From Dehalococcoidia bacterium (GTDB lineage Bacteria > Chloroflexota > Dehalococcoidia > JAUSIH01): 64,000 bases of DNA. The notes beneath the pieces are model-generated. The model saw nothing but the letters and a program-made list of their open reading frames with translations, was not told the DNA's origin and did not search any database. The position numbers and the translations under genes were made by a program. Shown here one piece after another: positions 9,717 to 18,304 of the stretch. The number at the start of each line of letters is the position of its first letter. The first letter of the stretch is position 1. The stretch is taken from NCBI GenBank assembly GCA_030648205.1, contig JAUSIH010000046.1, positions 1,370-65,369 on the forward strand, read 5' to 3'.

Positions 9717-11456
9717 TTACTTGGCAATCCAGAGGGTATCGTGCTGGAGGTTGTTATAGATGCTGGTCAGCGGCTGGTAGCCCTGGACGCTTGTCCGCAG
9801 AGCGCCCTGGTACGAGCCCCAGGCCAGCACGTTGTTGTACCCGTTGTTGATGAGGAAGTCCTGGATCTCCTTGAGCTTCTTGGAACGGGCCGCGAAGTCC
9901 AGCGCCAGAGCGGCCTGTTCGTTGATCATCTGGTCCAGCTTGGGGTCGTTGGTGGCCGTCGTGTTCTCCGACGGGTCGCCCGTGGAGAAATAGCTACCCA
10001 GGATGACGGACGGGTCCTTCGGGAAGGGGACCTGCCGCATCACCTGGCCCTGGAACTTGCGGTTGAACGCGGCGTCCAGGAACGTGGCGTCGTCCATCGT
10101 CTTGAGTTCGATCTTGACGCCGATCTTAGCCAACTGGTCCTGGACGAAGAGGGCGCTGTCGCGGTAGCCAGGTCCCGGCCTGTAGATGATGCTGAACGAA
10201 AGGTTGGACTGGCCCTCCTGGGCCAGGAGCTTCTTGGCCTCGTCTATGTCCTGCGCCTTGTCCTTGCGGTAGCCCGCGAACTTGCTCAGCTCGTCCACCG
10301 TGTAGCCGCCCAGGTCGGGCGGAATCGCCCCGACAGCCTGACCGGACCCGGCCAGGACGAGCTGGTTGAAGACGTTGCGGTCAACGGCCATATACAGGGC
10401 CTTGCGCACGTTCACGTTATTGAACGGCGCAACCTGAGCGTTCACCGAGAAGAACTCATAGTTCTGGTTGAGGTAGCGGAACGCGCGGGTGCCGGACGTT
10501 TTGTTCAGTTCATCCTGGTCCGTCAGGTTCATATAGACCGGGGCTGCGATATCCGCCTGGCCGGTCTTCATTGCCGCTTTGCCGGACGCCCGGTCGGGAA
10601 CGATGTAGTAGGTGACGCCGTCCACGTAGGGCTTGCCCGGCATGTAGTAGTCCGGGTTGCGCACCCACTCCATGCTCACGTCAGTCCGGTAGGACTTGAA
10701 CTTGAACGGGCCGGTGCCCACCACGTTCGTCCGGAAGTCCTTTTTCGCCTCCATAATCTGGCGGGGCGAGATGAAGGCGCGGCCTCCCGCCAGAGCCGAC
10801 AGGATGGACGGGTCAATCTGCTTCAGCGTCATGACCACGGTGCTGTCGTCGGGCGCCTGAATGCTCTTGACCGAGCCCTTGAGTTGCGTGGACAGTGACG
10901 GGGACTTGTCCTGCAAGAGCGTGAGGCCGTAGGCGGCGTCCTGCGCCGTAAATGGCATGCCGTCATGCCATTTGACGCCCTTGCGTATCTTGAACGTATA
11001 GACCGTTCCGTTTTGGCTAATCGTCCAGCCTTCGGCCAGGTCGCCTATGAGTTCGCCGGCCTTGTCAGGGTTTTCCCGCACCATTGTGCCGTATCCCAGC
11101 GACATGGGCGCGATCGCGGTCATGGACCGGACCATGTAAGGCTCCCATCTTTCAGGGGTGGCCCAGATGAGGGCCTTCAGCGTCCCGCCGCGCTGTATGC
11201 CGGTCGTCGCCGTCGGTATTGGGGTTGGCACGGCGGTCGGCGTGGGCGCGCCGACGGCGGGCCGCGGGGTCGCGGTCGCGGCGGCAGGCGGTGGAGTGGC
11301 GGGCGCCGCGGTGGGCTGCGCTGCGGGAGGAGGCGGCGCGGGCTGCGCGGCGGGGGCGCAACTCGCGGCGAGGAGGGCCACCGCCATTGTGGCCGGGAGC
11401 GCCCATCCCATTCGATGTTTGAGACCGCTGCGGGTGGTCCTGTTTACGAGTTCCAT
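9717..11456 (-). CDS. ABC transporter substrate-binding lipoprotein (family 5, peptide/nickel) with a Pro/Ala/Thr-rich N-terminal linker
   Basis: It has a signal peptide plus lipobox (LLAASCAP) and a PAT-rich low-complexity linker, followed by a ~500-aa SBP_bac_5-like body. It lies upstream of the two permeases on the same strand. Confidence 0.85.
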   Translation of the reverse strand: MELVNRTTRSGLKHRMGWALPATMAVALLAASCAPAAQPAPPPPAAQPTAAPATPPPAAATATPRPAVGAPTPTAVPTPIPTATTGIQRGGTLKALIWATPERWEPYMVRSMTAIAPMSLGYGTMVRENPDKAGELIGDLAEGWTISQNGTVYTFKIRKGVKWHDGMPFTAQDAAYGLTLLQDKSPSLSTQLKGSVKSIQAPDDSTVVMTLKQIDPSILSALAGGRAFISPRQIMEAKKDFRTNVVGTGPFKFKSYRTDVSMEWVRNPDYYMPGKPYVDGVTYYIVPDRASGKAAMKTGQADIAAPVYMNLTDQDELNKTSGTRAFRYLNQNYEFFSVNAQVAPFNNVNVRKALYMAVDRNVFNQLVLAGSGQAVGAIPPDLGGYTVDELSKFAGYRKDKAQDIDEAKKLLAQEGQSNLSFSIIYRPGPGYRDSALFVQDQLAKIGVKIELKTMDDATFLDAAFNRKFQGQVMRQVPFPKDPSVILGSYFSTGDPSENTTATNDPKLDQMINEQAALALDFAARSKKLKEIQDFLINNGYNNVLAWGSYQGALRTSVQGYQPLTSIYNNLQHDTLWIAK

Positions 11457-11562
11457 TGCGTTCCTTTCATGCCCTCAACCAGGTGCGAGGCCAGGGGGCC
11501 TTCAACTAAATGAACAGAGAAGGGTCTGTAAGAAAGGCCCTGGGCCGCTCCTAACGTCTCGC

Positions 11563-12774
11563 TTACGTTATTTTCGTCGGCTTGTCCACGGTGTGCAGCT
11601 TGCGCTCCGGCTCGTTGCCGAAGATAAGGACGTTGGACACCTGCGGAGAGCCGCCCAGGGTGTGGGCGAGTCCACGGGTCACGTTCTTCAGTTGCCGGGG
11701 GCCGCACTTGCCTTGGAGCTGCTTGTAAATCTCGTAGGTCGTGCGCAGGCCCGTGGCGCCGATGGGGTGGCCGAAGGACTTGAGGCCGCCATCGGTGTTA
11801 ATCGGCAGCTCGCCCTCCAGGGTGAACGTGCCCGCCCTGACGTCCTCAGGCGCCTTGCCCCGCGGGGAAAAGCCCAGGTCCTCGTAGATGATCATTTCGG
11901 TGATAGTGAAGCAGTCGTGGACGCTGGCCAGGCTCAGCTCCTTGCGTGGGTTCTTGATGCCCGCCTGTTCGAAGGCCTGCTTGCCGGATTCCACGGTGGC
12001 GCGGACGCTCAGGTAGTCGAACCCGGGGCGCTGCATGGGCAGCATGGCGTCGGCGGAGGCCCCGATGCCCTTGATGTAGACAGGGTCGGCGCGGAAGTTC
12101 TTGGCCAGGTCCGCGCGACAGACGATGGCGGCGGCGGCGCCGTCGGTCACGCCGCAGCAGTCGAAGAGGCCCAGGGGCCAGGAGATGATGGGCGCGTTCA
12201 TGACCTGCTCCTCGGTCACCTCGCGCCGCAGGTGCGCCTTGGGGTGCATGGCGCCGTTGTGGTGGTTCTTGACGGATATCTTCGCCAGGATGCGCTTGCC
12301 CTCCTCGCCGCTCAGACCGTAGTGATGGAAGTAGCGGGTGGCGAGCATGGAGAAGTAGCCGGGCGCCGTCTGGCGGGCCTGATAGACGGGGTGGGTGCCC
12401 CGGCCGACGCCCAGGCCCCCGAAGCCGGTGTCCTTCAGCTTCTCGAAGCCCAGGGCGAGCACTACGTCATAGGCCCCCGCGGCCACGGCGTAGGCGGCGG
12501 CGCGCAGGGCTTCATGCCCCGTGGAGCACCAGTTCTCCACGCGGGTGATGGGGATGTTCGACAGCTTCAGCGGATCGGCGAGGAGCACGCCTGCCTCACC
12601 GCTGCGCAGCGTGCCGACCCAGGCGGCCTGGATATCGCCGGGGTCTATGCCCGCGTCCTCGTAGGCCTCGTAGGCCGCCTCCACTATCATGTCCTCGGGG
12701 CTCTTGTCCCAGAGCTCGCCGAAGGTCGTGCAGCCCATTCCTATGATGGCGACCTTGTCCTTGATGCTCTCCAT
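11563..12774 (-). CDS. thiolase-like protein (SCP-x / archaeal-type acetyl-CoA acetyltransferase family)
   Basis: KVAIIGMGCTTFGE (active-site Cys), HNGAMHPKAHL and GHPIGATG motifs. The start was chosen at MESIKDKVAIIG, which abuts the upstream gene. Confidence 0.8.
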   Translation of the reverse strand: MESIKDKVAIIGMGCTTFGELWDKSPEDMIVEAAYEAYEDAGIDPGDIQAAWVGTLRSGEAGVLLADPLKLSNIPITRVENWCSTGHEALRAAAYAVAAGAYDVVLALGFEKLKDTGFGGLGVGRGTHPVYQARQTAPGYFSMLATRYFHHYGLSGEEGKRILAKISVKNHHNGAMHPKAHLRREVTEEQVMNAPIISWPLGLFDCCGVTDGAAAAIVCRADLAKNFRADPVYIKGIGASADAMLPMQRPGFDYLSVRATVESGKQAFEQAGIKNPRKELSLASVHDCFTITEMIIYEDLGFSPRGKAPEDVRAGTFTLEGELPINTDGGLKSFGHPIGATGLRTTYEIYKQLQGKCGPRQLKNVTRGLAHTLGGSPQVSNVLIFGNEPERKLHTVDKPTKIT

Positions 12775-12776
12775 GG

Positions 12777-14216
12777 TTACTTTCCTCCCTCTCGCTGGGG
12801 GCGGCACTTCCAGAAGTAATTGTGGAATCCAGCGGCCTCATGCATCCGTCGGAAAGTGAACTCCACCGGCTGGCCGATCTTGACCTCCTTGGGGTCCCCG
12901 TCGGTCATCTGGCAGTAGATGCGGCAAGCGCCGACTTCGGACTCCAGGACGGTCTCGATAACAGGCGGGTCCATGCCTCCGGCCAGGTTGTCCAGAGTGT
13001 AGTTAAAGATGGTGGCGCTCTTGTCCGAGAGGCGGACGGTTTCGTAATCGTCCTTTGAGCGGCAGGTGTAGCAGACGCGTTGGATGGGGAAGTGGTGCGT
13101 GCCGCACTTGCGGCAGCGGCTGCCGCGCATGCTTATCCAGGAAAGGCGGTCGCGGTACTCGACGGTGGCGCCGGCGAAGGCGGCGATACGCAGAGGAGGC
13201 TCCGGCTGCAGCTCGGCGATGCCCCGGAACGCCAGGTAGCGTTCGTAGGTGGGCATGGTCCTCTTGACCGCCAGGCTGTCCTTGACGCCGCGCACCCTTT
13301 TTTGGACGCTTGCGATGCCGTCCGTCGCGGTCAGAAGGAACGCGTCCGAGCCGTCGCCGTAGCTGGCGGCCAGGATGCGTGCCCCCGGCTTGGTCTCCTG
13401 AAGGGCGTCCACCAGCACCAGGAGGGCATGGGCGGCGCCCGAGTTGCCGACCACGTCGATAAGCGTTGGGTGAAGCTGTGTCTTGGGGTCCAATCCCAGT
13501 TCGCGTGCAACGCCCTGGACGCTGCGGCTGTCCGGGCTGTACAGGGCCGCCCGCGTGATTGCCTTGGGGTCCTGTTTGCTCTGCTTCAAAAGGGTGCGCG
13601 CGGCGCCCACCATGCTCTGGGTGTACCCGTACGTGACGGCAAAGCGGTCTTCCCATGACTTCACGTACGTGTCGGTGTCCGTCCGCCAGACATCCAGAAT
13701 CTCGTCGGCCAGAGAGACCGCGCCGTCAATGCGGACCGCGCCGTCGTTCGCGGAGACCAGGACCGCGGCGGCGGCGTCGCCGAATAGCTGCTCAAGGTCG
13801 GTCTTCGGATAGCCCATGCGGCTGTCAGAGGCCACTACCAGCACGTTCGTGAGCGCTCCCGCCTTGACCGCGTCCATGGCCGCGAGCAGGGCGGATGTCC
13901 CGGCGCGGAGGCTGTGGCCGAAGTCCGCCGTGCGGACGGTCTTCGGCAAGTCCAGAGCCATGGCAATCAGGGCGGCGGACTGCTTCTCTTTGTACGAGGG
14001 TGTGGTGCTTGCGAAGAAGACGCCGTCCACCTCCTCGCGGGGGATGCCGCGCAGGCAGTCCGTGGCGGCTTCCACAGCCATGGTGAGAGTGTCTTCGTCG
14101 TAGTTAGCGACGCTGCGTTCCCCGCCGAGGGAGCCGCGGCCCCAGGCCTTGGCGATCATATCTCGGGGCATGCGAAGGGTGGGGATGTAGGCCCCGAAGG
14201 ACCGGAGACCAGCCAT
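12777..14216 (-). CDS. HMG-CoA synthase-like / KAS-III-like condensing enzyme fused to a C-terminal DUF35 OB-fold/zinc-ribbon domain
   Basis: N-terminal condensing-enzyme fold (MAGLRSFGAYIP...ASDSRMGYP...GNSGAAHALL). The C-terminal part has CRKCGTHHFPIQRVCYTC plus an OB-fold (DUF35). The start was chosen at MAGLRS with the SD aggagga. Confidence 0.7.
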   Translation of the reverse strand: MAGLRSFGAYIPTLRMPRDMIAKAWGRGSLGGERSVANYDEDTLTMAVEAATDCLRGIPREEVDGVFFASTTPSYKEKQSAALIAMALDLPKTVRTADFGHSLRAGTSALLAAMDAVKAGALTNVLVVASDSRMGYPKTDLEQLFGDAAAAVLVSANDGAVRIDGAVSLADEILDVWRTDTDTYVKSWEDRFAVTYGYTQSMVGAARTLLKQSKQDPKAITRAALYSPDSRSVQGVARELGLDPKTQLHPTLIDVVGNSGAAHALLVLVDALQETKPGARILAASYGDGSDAFLLTATDGIASVQKRVRGVKDSLAVKRTMPTYERYLAFRGIAELQPEPPLRIAAFAGATVEYRDRLSWISMRGSRCRKCGTHHFPIQRVCYTCRSKDDYETVRLSDKSATIFNYTLDNLAGGMDPPVIETVLESEVGACRIYCQMTDGDPKEVKIGQPVEFTFRRMHEAAGFHNYFWKCRPQREGGK

Positions 14217-14328
14217 CACAAGTCCTCCTGGATATAGAATCTGGTTGGCTATAGGCCATGATACACGCCGCAGGAGGGCGAGACAAGGGCCGCGCATGGT
14301 GGCCGCGAACCCCGCCTTGCGGGGCGGG

Positions 14329-15369
14329 CTACCTGGCGACCGCGGGGTTCTTGACGCGCTGGATGACCTTGCCCATGGCCTCCAGGAACTGGGGACGCCG
14401 CGCCACGGCCACCGGGCAGCGGAAGAACATCTGGGTGGCGCCCGCCTTGATGCCGCGCTGTATCTGCTCGACGCACTGGTCCGGCGCGCCGGCCACGGCG
14501 AAACGGTTTGCGAGCCACTCCTTCATGCCGGACTGCTCCACCAGCATGGCGTTGTTGTCCACGCCGGCGCTGATGATATTGTGCTCGTGGGCGGCGTACG
14601 CGCTCTGTATCTTCGTGATGGCCGCGTGGAATTCCTTCGGCACGAACTTGCCCTCCAGGGTGAAGCGGAACCCGTGGTTGACGCTTGAGCAGAGGGAGGC
14701 GCGGATTTCGTTGACGGCGGCCTCGCGGCTCTCATGCACGTTGCCTTTGACCAGCCACCAGATGTCCACGTCCTCTATCCGGCGACCCGCCTCTTTCGCG
14801 CCCGCCGCCACCTGCTCACGGAAGTGATGGACCACCTCCGGCGTGATGCCCGCGCCGATGACGACGCCGTCGGCAATCTTGCCGGCGAGCCGCGCCGTCT
14901 TGGGGCCGTCCGCCGCCAGGTAGATGGGCATTTGCTCCTTGGACCAGGCGACGCGGCCCGTGCTGCTCTGCCATTCGACCGCTTCGCCGCGGAAGAGGGC
15001 GCGCAGGGCGTGCACGTAGCGCTCCATGTCGGCCAGGCTCGCGGGGCGCATCTTGAGGTTCTGCAGGGCGCTGTCGCCGGAGCCGAAGCCGAGCGCGACG
15101 CGGTTCCCGAACATACGCCGCAGGGTGCCCACGGCGCTGACGGTCACCGCGGGGTGCCGCGTCCACGGGTTGGTGACCCAGGGCGCGACCATCTTGCCCT
15201 TGGTGTTCAAAAGGCAGTGGGTCATGAGGACGTACAGCTCGCCGTAGACGGACTGCGAGTCCGGCACGCCAACGAAGTCGAAGGGCTGCTGGTCAATGAT
15301 GCGGACGGTGTGGACGTAGTCCTCCGGTGTGTCCCCCCAGGAGATGATGCCGAACTTCGCGTTTGCCAC
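14329..15369 (-). CDS. LLM-class F420/flavin-dependent oxidoreductase, paralog 3
   Basis: 346-aa LLM signature (GVPDSQSVYGELYV, GFGSGDSAL, ADGPKTARLAGKIADGVVIG). Confidence 0.8.
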   Translation of the reverse strand: MANAKFGIISWGDTPEDYVHTVRIIDQQPFDFVGVPDSQSVYGELYVLMTHCLLNTKGKMVAPWVTNPWTRHPAVTVSAVGTLRRMFGNRVALGFGSGDSALQNLKMRPASLADMERYVHALRALFRGEAVEWQSSTGRVAWSKEQMPIYLAADGPKTARLAGKIADGVVIGAGITPEVVHHFREQVAAGAKEAGRRIEDVDIWWLVKGNVHESREAAVNEIRASLCSSVNHGFRFTLEGKFVPKEFHAAITKIQSAYAAHEHNIISAGVDNNAMLVEQSGMKEWLANRFAVAGAPDQCVEQIQRGIKAGATQMFFRCPVAVARRPQFLEAMGKVIQRVKNPAVAR

Positions 15370-15686
15370 GATGTCCTCCTTGGTGAATGCAGGTTTCGTG
15401 TCTCGGTGTGCGGGCCCGGCCCAGTGTCGCCGAACTGCCTGGCCGCGTCAAGGGCGGGACCGCGAAGACGGGGCCGCCGTAGTTGCGCGAGGGCAACCGT
15501 TCAGCCGCAATCTGCACTCTCCGGAGAAGTCGTGTGGGGAAGACGCTCGCGCCGGCATTAACGCCAAGCCAGTCTGAGGCCTGGGCTGTCTTGCGCGCAG
15601 CGGCCTCCACCACTCCGCGCATGGTGTCCTCCTATCCAAGACGATGCGGTGTTGCGTCCCAGGCTGCCGTGATGGACATCCTTTGT

Positions 15687-16907
15687 TTAATTCCCCCAGC
15701 TCGGATTGTTGTCTTCCTTGGGATTATTGGTGAGGCGTGTCTGGGCGGAACCGTCGGCGTTCATGACGTAAATCTCGTAGTTCCCGTCCCGAATGGAAGT
15801 GAAGACAATCTTGCTCCCGTCCGGGGACCAGGCACAGTAGTCGTCCCGGTTGAAGTTGGGCATGAGTGTGGTCTGGCCAGTGCCGTCTGCGTTCATGACG
15901 CTAACCCCCTCGTTGTTAATGAAGGCAATCTTCCTGCCATCGGGCGACCAGGAGGGCCACGAAGACCCGCTGCGAGTCTGGGTGAGGGCGGTCTGGCTGG
16001 AGCCGTCGGCGTTCATGACGTAAATCTGGGCGTTCCCGCCCCGATCGGAGGTGAAGGCGATTTTGCTCCCGTCCGGGGACCAGGCCGCTTTGTAGTCATT
16101 GGCGCTATTGAAGGTGAGCCTAGTTTGGTTGGAGCCGTCGGCGTTCATCACGTATATCTCGTTGTTGCCGTCACGGTTGGACTGGAAGGCGATCTTGCTG
16201 CCGTTGGGCGACCAGGCTGGGTTGTTGTCATTGGCGCTATTGAAGGTGAGCCTAGTTTGGTTGGAGCCATCGGCGTTCATCACGTACATCTCGTAGTTGC
16301 CTTCACGGTTGGACGCAAACAGAATGCGGCCAGCCAGAGGTGCGGGCGTTGGGGTGGGAGTAACCGTTGGCGTTGGTGTGGTGGTCGGTGTGGGCGTCAT
16401 GGTCGGCGTTGGCGTGACCGTGGGCGTAGCCGTAGGCGTCCACGTTGGCGTCACCGTCGGCGTATAGGTCGGCGTCGGCGTGGGTGTCGGGGTAGGGGTA
16501 AGTGTGGCCGTCGCCGTGGGCGTCAAAGTCGGCGTTGGGGTATAGGTTGGCGTGGGTGTAATGGTCGGGGTTGGCGTGGGCGTAATGGTAGGCGTTGGTG
16601 TTGGAGTATAAGTTGGCGTGGACGTGATGGTTGGAGTAGGCGTCCACGTGGGCGTAACCGTGGGCGTGGACGTTGGCGTCGCTGTCGCCGGCGTAGGGGG
16701 TATCGGCGTCGCTGTGGGTGCAGGCGTGTGTGTGGCTGTGGGCGCTTGTGTTGGCGTGGGCGGAGGCATTAGCGTAAAAGTGGAACTGGGTGTAACGGTG
16801 GGCACTGGCGTCACCGCAGGAGAGAACCGAGATGTCAATACTATCCCGATCAGAGCTACAATGATGCCTACTCCCGCCCAACCTTTCCAACCCAACCAAT
16901 TGGACAA
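15687..16907 (-). CDS. membrane-anchored TolB-like beta-propeller (PD40 repeat) protein with a long Pro-Thr repeat linker
   Basis: N-terminal TM anchor, a ~150-aa PT-rich linker (PTPTxT repeats), then repeated blades of the form [15 protein letters not shown]...[11 protein letters not shown]. Confidence 0.75.
   Translation of the reverse strand: MSNWLGWKGWAGVGIIVALIGIVLTSRFSPAVTPVPTVTPSSTFTLMPPPTPTQAPTATHTPAPTATPIPPTPATATPTSTPTVTPTWTPTPTITSTPTYTPTPTPTITPTPTPTITPTPTYTPTPTLTPTATATLTPTPTPTPTPTYTPTVTPTWTPTATPTVTPTPTMTPTPTTTPTPTVTPTPTPAPLAGRILFASNREGNYEMYVMNADGSNQTRLTFNSANDNNPAWSPNGSKIAFQSNRDGNNEIYVMNADGSNQTRLTFNSANDYKAAWSPDGSKIAFTSDRGGNAQIYVMNADGSSQTALTQTRSGSSWPSWSPDGRKIAFINNEGVSVMNADGTGQTTLMPNFNRDDYCAWSPDGSKIVFTSIRDGNYEIYVMNADGSAQTRLTNNPKEDNNPSWGN
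16096..16322. repeat. intragenic duplication: two ~95-bp near-identical copies (3-4 mismatches) 132 bp apart within the beta-propeller coding region
   Basis: tcattggcgctattgaaggtgagcctagtttggttggagcc[g/a]tcggcgttcatcacgta[t/c]atctcg... begins at both 16096 and 16228. The protein shows two identical blade segments [21 protein letters not shown]. Confidence 0.7.
16322..16790. repeat. degenerate short tandem repeats (6-18 nt units, GGCGTxGGxGTx) encoding the Pro-Thr linker
   Basis: Visible periodic ggcgtgggcgt / ggtgtgggcgt units on the + strand. They correspond to the PTPTxT repeats of the minus-strand protein. Confidence 0.7.
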
Positions 16908-17127
16908 CTGGGACCAGATGCTTTACCTCAAAAGACTGGAGACAGCGTTGTAATTAGACACCCGGTTAACCCACAACGAGCGCGAAGTTATTGTGACCTA
17001 CAAACCTGCGGGGCATTCCATCTTCCCGCCAATTTATCGCCAATGGCCGCTCCATGCTCCCGGTCGCATTACGCCGGCAATCGTTCAGCCGCAATACACA
17101 GCCACCTTGAAGGTTCCGCTCGTGCTG

Positions 17128-17457
17128 TCATTCAGCGCATCCCGTTATGGCGAGCCAACTACCTTCGGGGAGTATATCAGGAAGGCGAGGCTGGAGATAA
17201 GCTCTCCGCAGCTTTATCACCCCATCCCTCGTGGCCTGCACTGCAGCGCCTCCGCCAGGCCTGCCGTGATCCTTCCGGTACCGGAAGGACGAACGATGCG
17301 CGGCCTGGATTGCCTCCGCGCCGGACAGGTCGGCGATTGGGATGGTTGTACGAGTGTGGGTTGATAGATTGATCCAGATCTCGTGGTCGCCTTTCGCTTT
17401 GCGGTCAAGCTCGCACCCCAGCCCTCGCAACCTCCGCGTAAGCTCTCGGTAGTTCAC
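17128..17457 (-). CDS. HicA-family toxin (mRNA interferase) with an atypical C-terminus that reads into a duplicated comM 3' fragment
   Basis: The first 40 aa (MNYRELTRRLRGLGCELDRKAKGDHEIWINLSTHTRTTIP) match the HicA/YcfA-like fold. The following IADLSGAEAIQAAH... is encoded by DNA near-identical to the 3' end of comM (18305-18390). Confidence 0.55.
   Translation of the reverse strand: MNYRELTRRLRGLGCELDRKAKGDHEIWINLSTHTRTTIPIADLSGAEAIQAAHRSSFRYRKDHGRPGGGAAVQATRDGVIKLRRAYLQPRLPDILPEGSWLAITGCAE
17205..17345. repeat. degenerate duplicate of the last ~85 bp of comM (two matching blocks of 41 bp and 26 bp separated by a 54-bp substitution)
   Basis: tcaccccatccctc[gt]ggcctg[c]actgcagcgcctccgcca ... 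gcctccgcgccgga[c]aggtcggc[g]at matches 18308-18390. The alternative frame ends in ...AEALQCRPRGMG*, compared with comM ...AEALQYRPRGMG*. Confidence 0.65.
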
Positions 17458-17717
17458 GCCGCGACAAGCACCTCGCTCGGGATGCCTTTACCGCCCACGT
17501 CAACAGACGTGTCTTCAATCTCCCTGGGAAGGGGGTCCCCTTTGGACTTGTACGACTCGATGAAGGCCGTAGCCACGCTTTGCAAGTTGCCCAGAGCGTC
17601 GGCGGCGGTATCCCCCCACGCGCGGCAGCCGGGGAGTAGGGGGACTTCAGCCAGGTATTTGCCCTCGGTCTCCCTGGTAGGTTCGTGCATTATGATGGGC
17701 AATTTGTACAGCTTCAT
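17454..17717 (-). CDS. HicB-family antitoxin (UPF0150, RNase H-like fold)
   Basis: YLAEVPLLPGCRAWGDTAADALGNLQSVATAFIE matches the HicB N-domain signature. It overlaps hicA by 4 bp. Confidence 0.7.
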   Translation of the reverse strand: MKLYKLPIIMHEPTRETEGKYLAEVPLLPGCRAWGDTAADALGNLQSVATAFIESYKSKGDPLPREIEDTSVDVGGKGIPSEVLVAA

Positions 17718-17724
17718 ACTGGTC

Positions 17725-17943
17725 TCACGCCTCTACAGCAACATACTCAGCCCTGGTGCGTGGCTCGGGTACGGGTAGCTTGTCCTCGATAAGACTTTGC
17801 ACATGGAACTCAATGGCTTCACGCATGTTTCGTAGCACTTCTTTCGGCGTGTCCCCAACCGCCACGCATCCAGGGATATCCGGCGAGTAGGCAGAGTAGT
17901 TTCCGTCTGCCTTCTCAGCAACAATCAAATACCGACGTGTCAT
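17725..17943 (-). CDS. second HicB-like antitoxin paralog (UPF0150)
   Basis: YSAYSPDIPGCVAVGDTPKEVLRNMREAIEFHVQSL; 72 aa. Confidence 0.65.
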   Translation of the reverse strand: MTRRYLIVAEKADGNYSAYSPDIPGCVAVGDTPKEVLRNMREAIEFHVQSLIEDKLPVPEPRTRAEYVAVEA

Positions 17944-18304
17944 TTCTTGTACCCCCTTATCTGCGCCTGTTTGAATATGCTGTGGAGGGTCCCCGACGCC
18001 AAGTCCTTGCCCAGGCTCCCTGGAACGGTAACAAGGCCGGGTATAACAGGGTGTTTGTATTGCCGGTGGCTGCCTCTGGTCCGAGCTAGTACCTACTTGC
18101 GAAAAAGGGCGGTATCATCAACCGCTCGTGGTGAGCTTGTCGAACCATGAGCGGCTCGCCCTTCGACAAGCTCAGGGTGAGCGGGGCTGGGTTCGGCTGT
18201 GTGTACGCTGATTTCTGCAACTAAGTACTAGATACCAGCCATCGGCCTCCAGCATAGCTATGACCTCGCGCACTTTCATTATAGCTTACGAACCATCAGT
18301 CTAT

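Noticed and set aside
15483-16772. 429-aa + strand ORF full of GR/WR/CR repeats
   Set aside because: It is antisense to the PT-repeat/TolB-like gene. The repeats are the mirror of the PTPT-coding DNA. Arg/Trp/Cys-rich low-complexity translation is typical of wrong-strand ORFs in high-GC DNA.
16322-16790. Possible CRISPR or non-coding minisatellite
   Set aside because: The repeats are in-frame codons for a Pro-Thr linker of a clearly coding gene. No spacer structure is present.
15489-17097. 14-bp exact match cgttcagccgcaat at 15489 and 17083, considered as island boundaries
   Set aside because: In a 64-kb window several 14-mer coincidences are expected by chance. No further flanking similarity exists.
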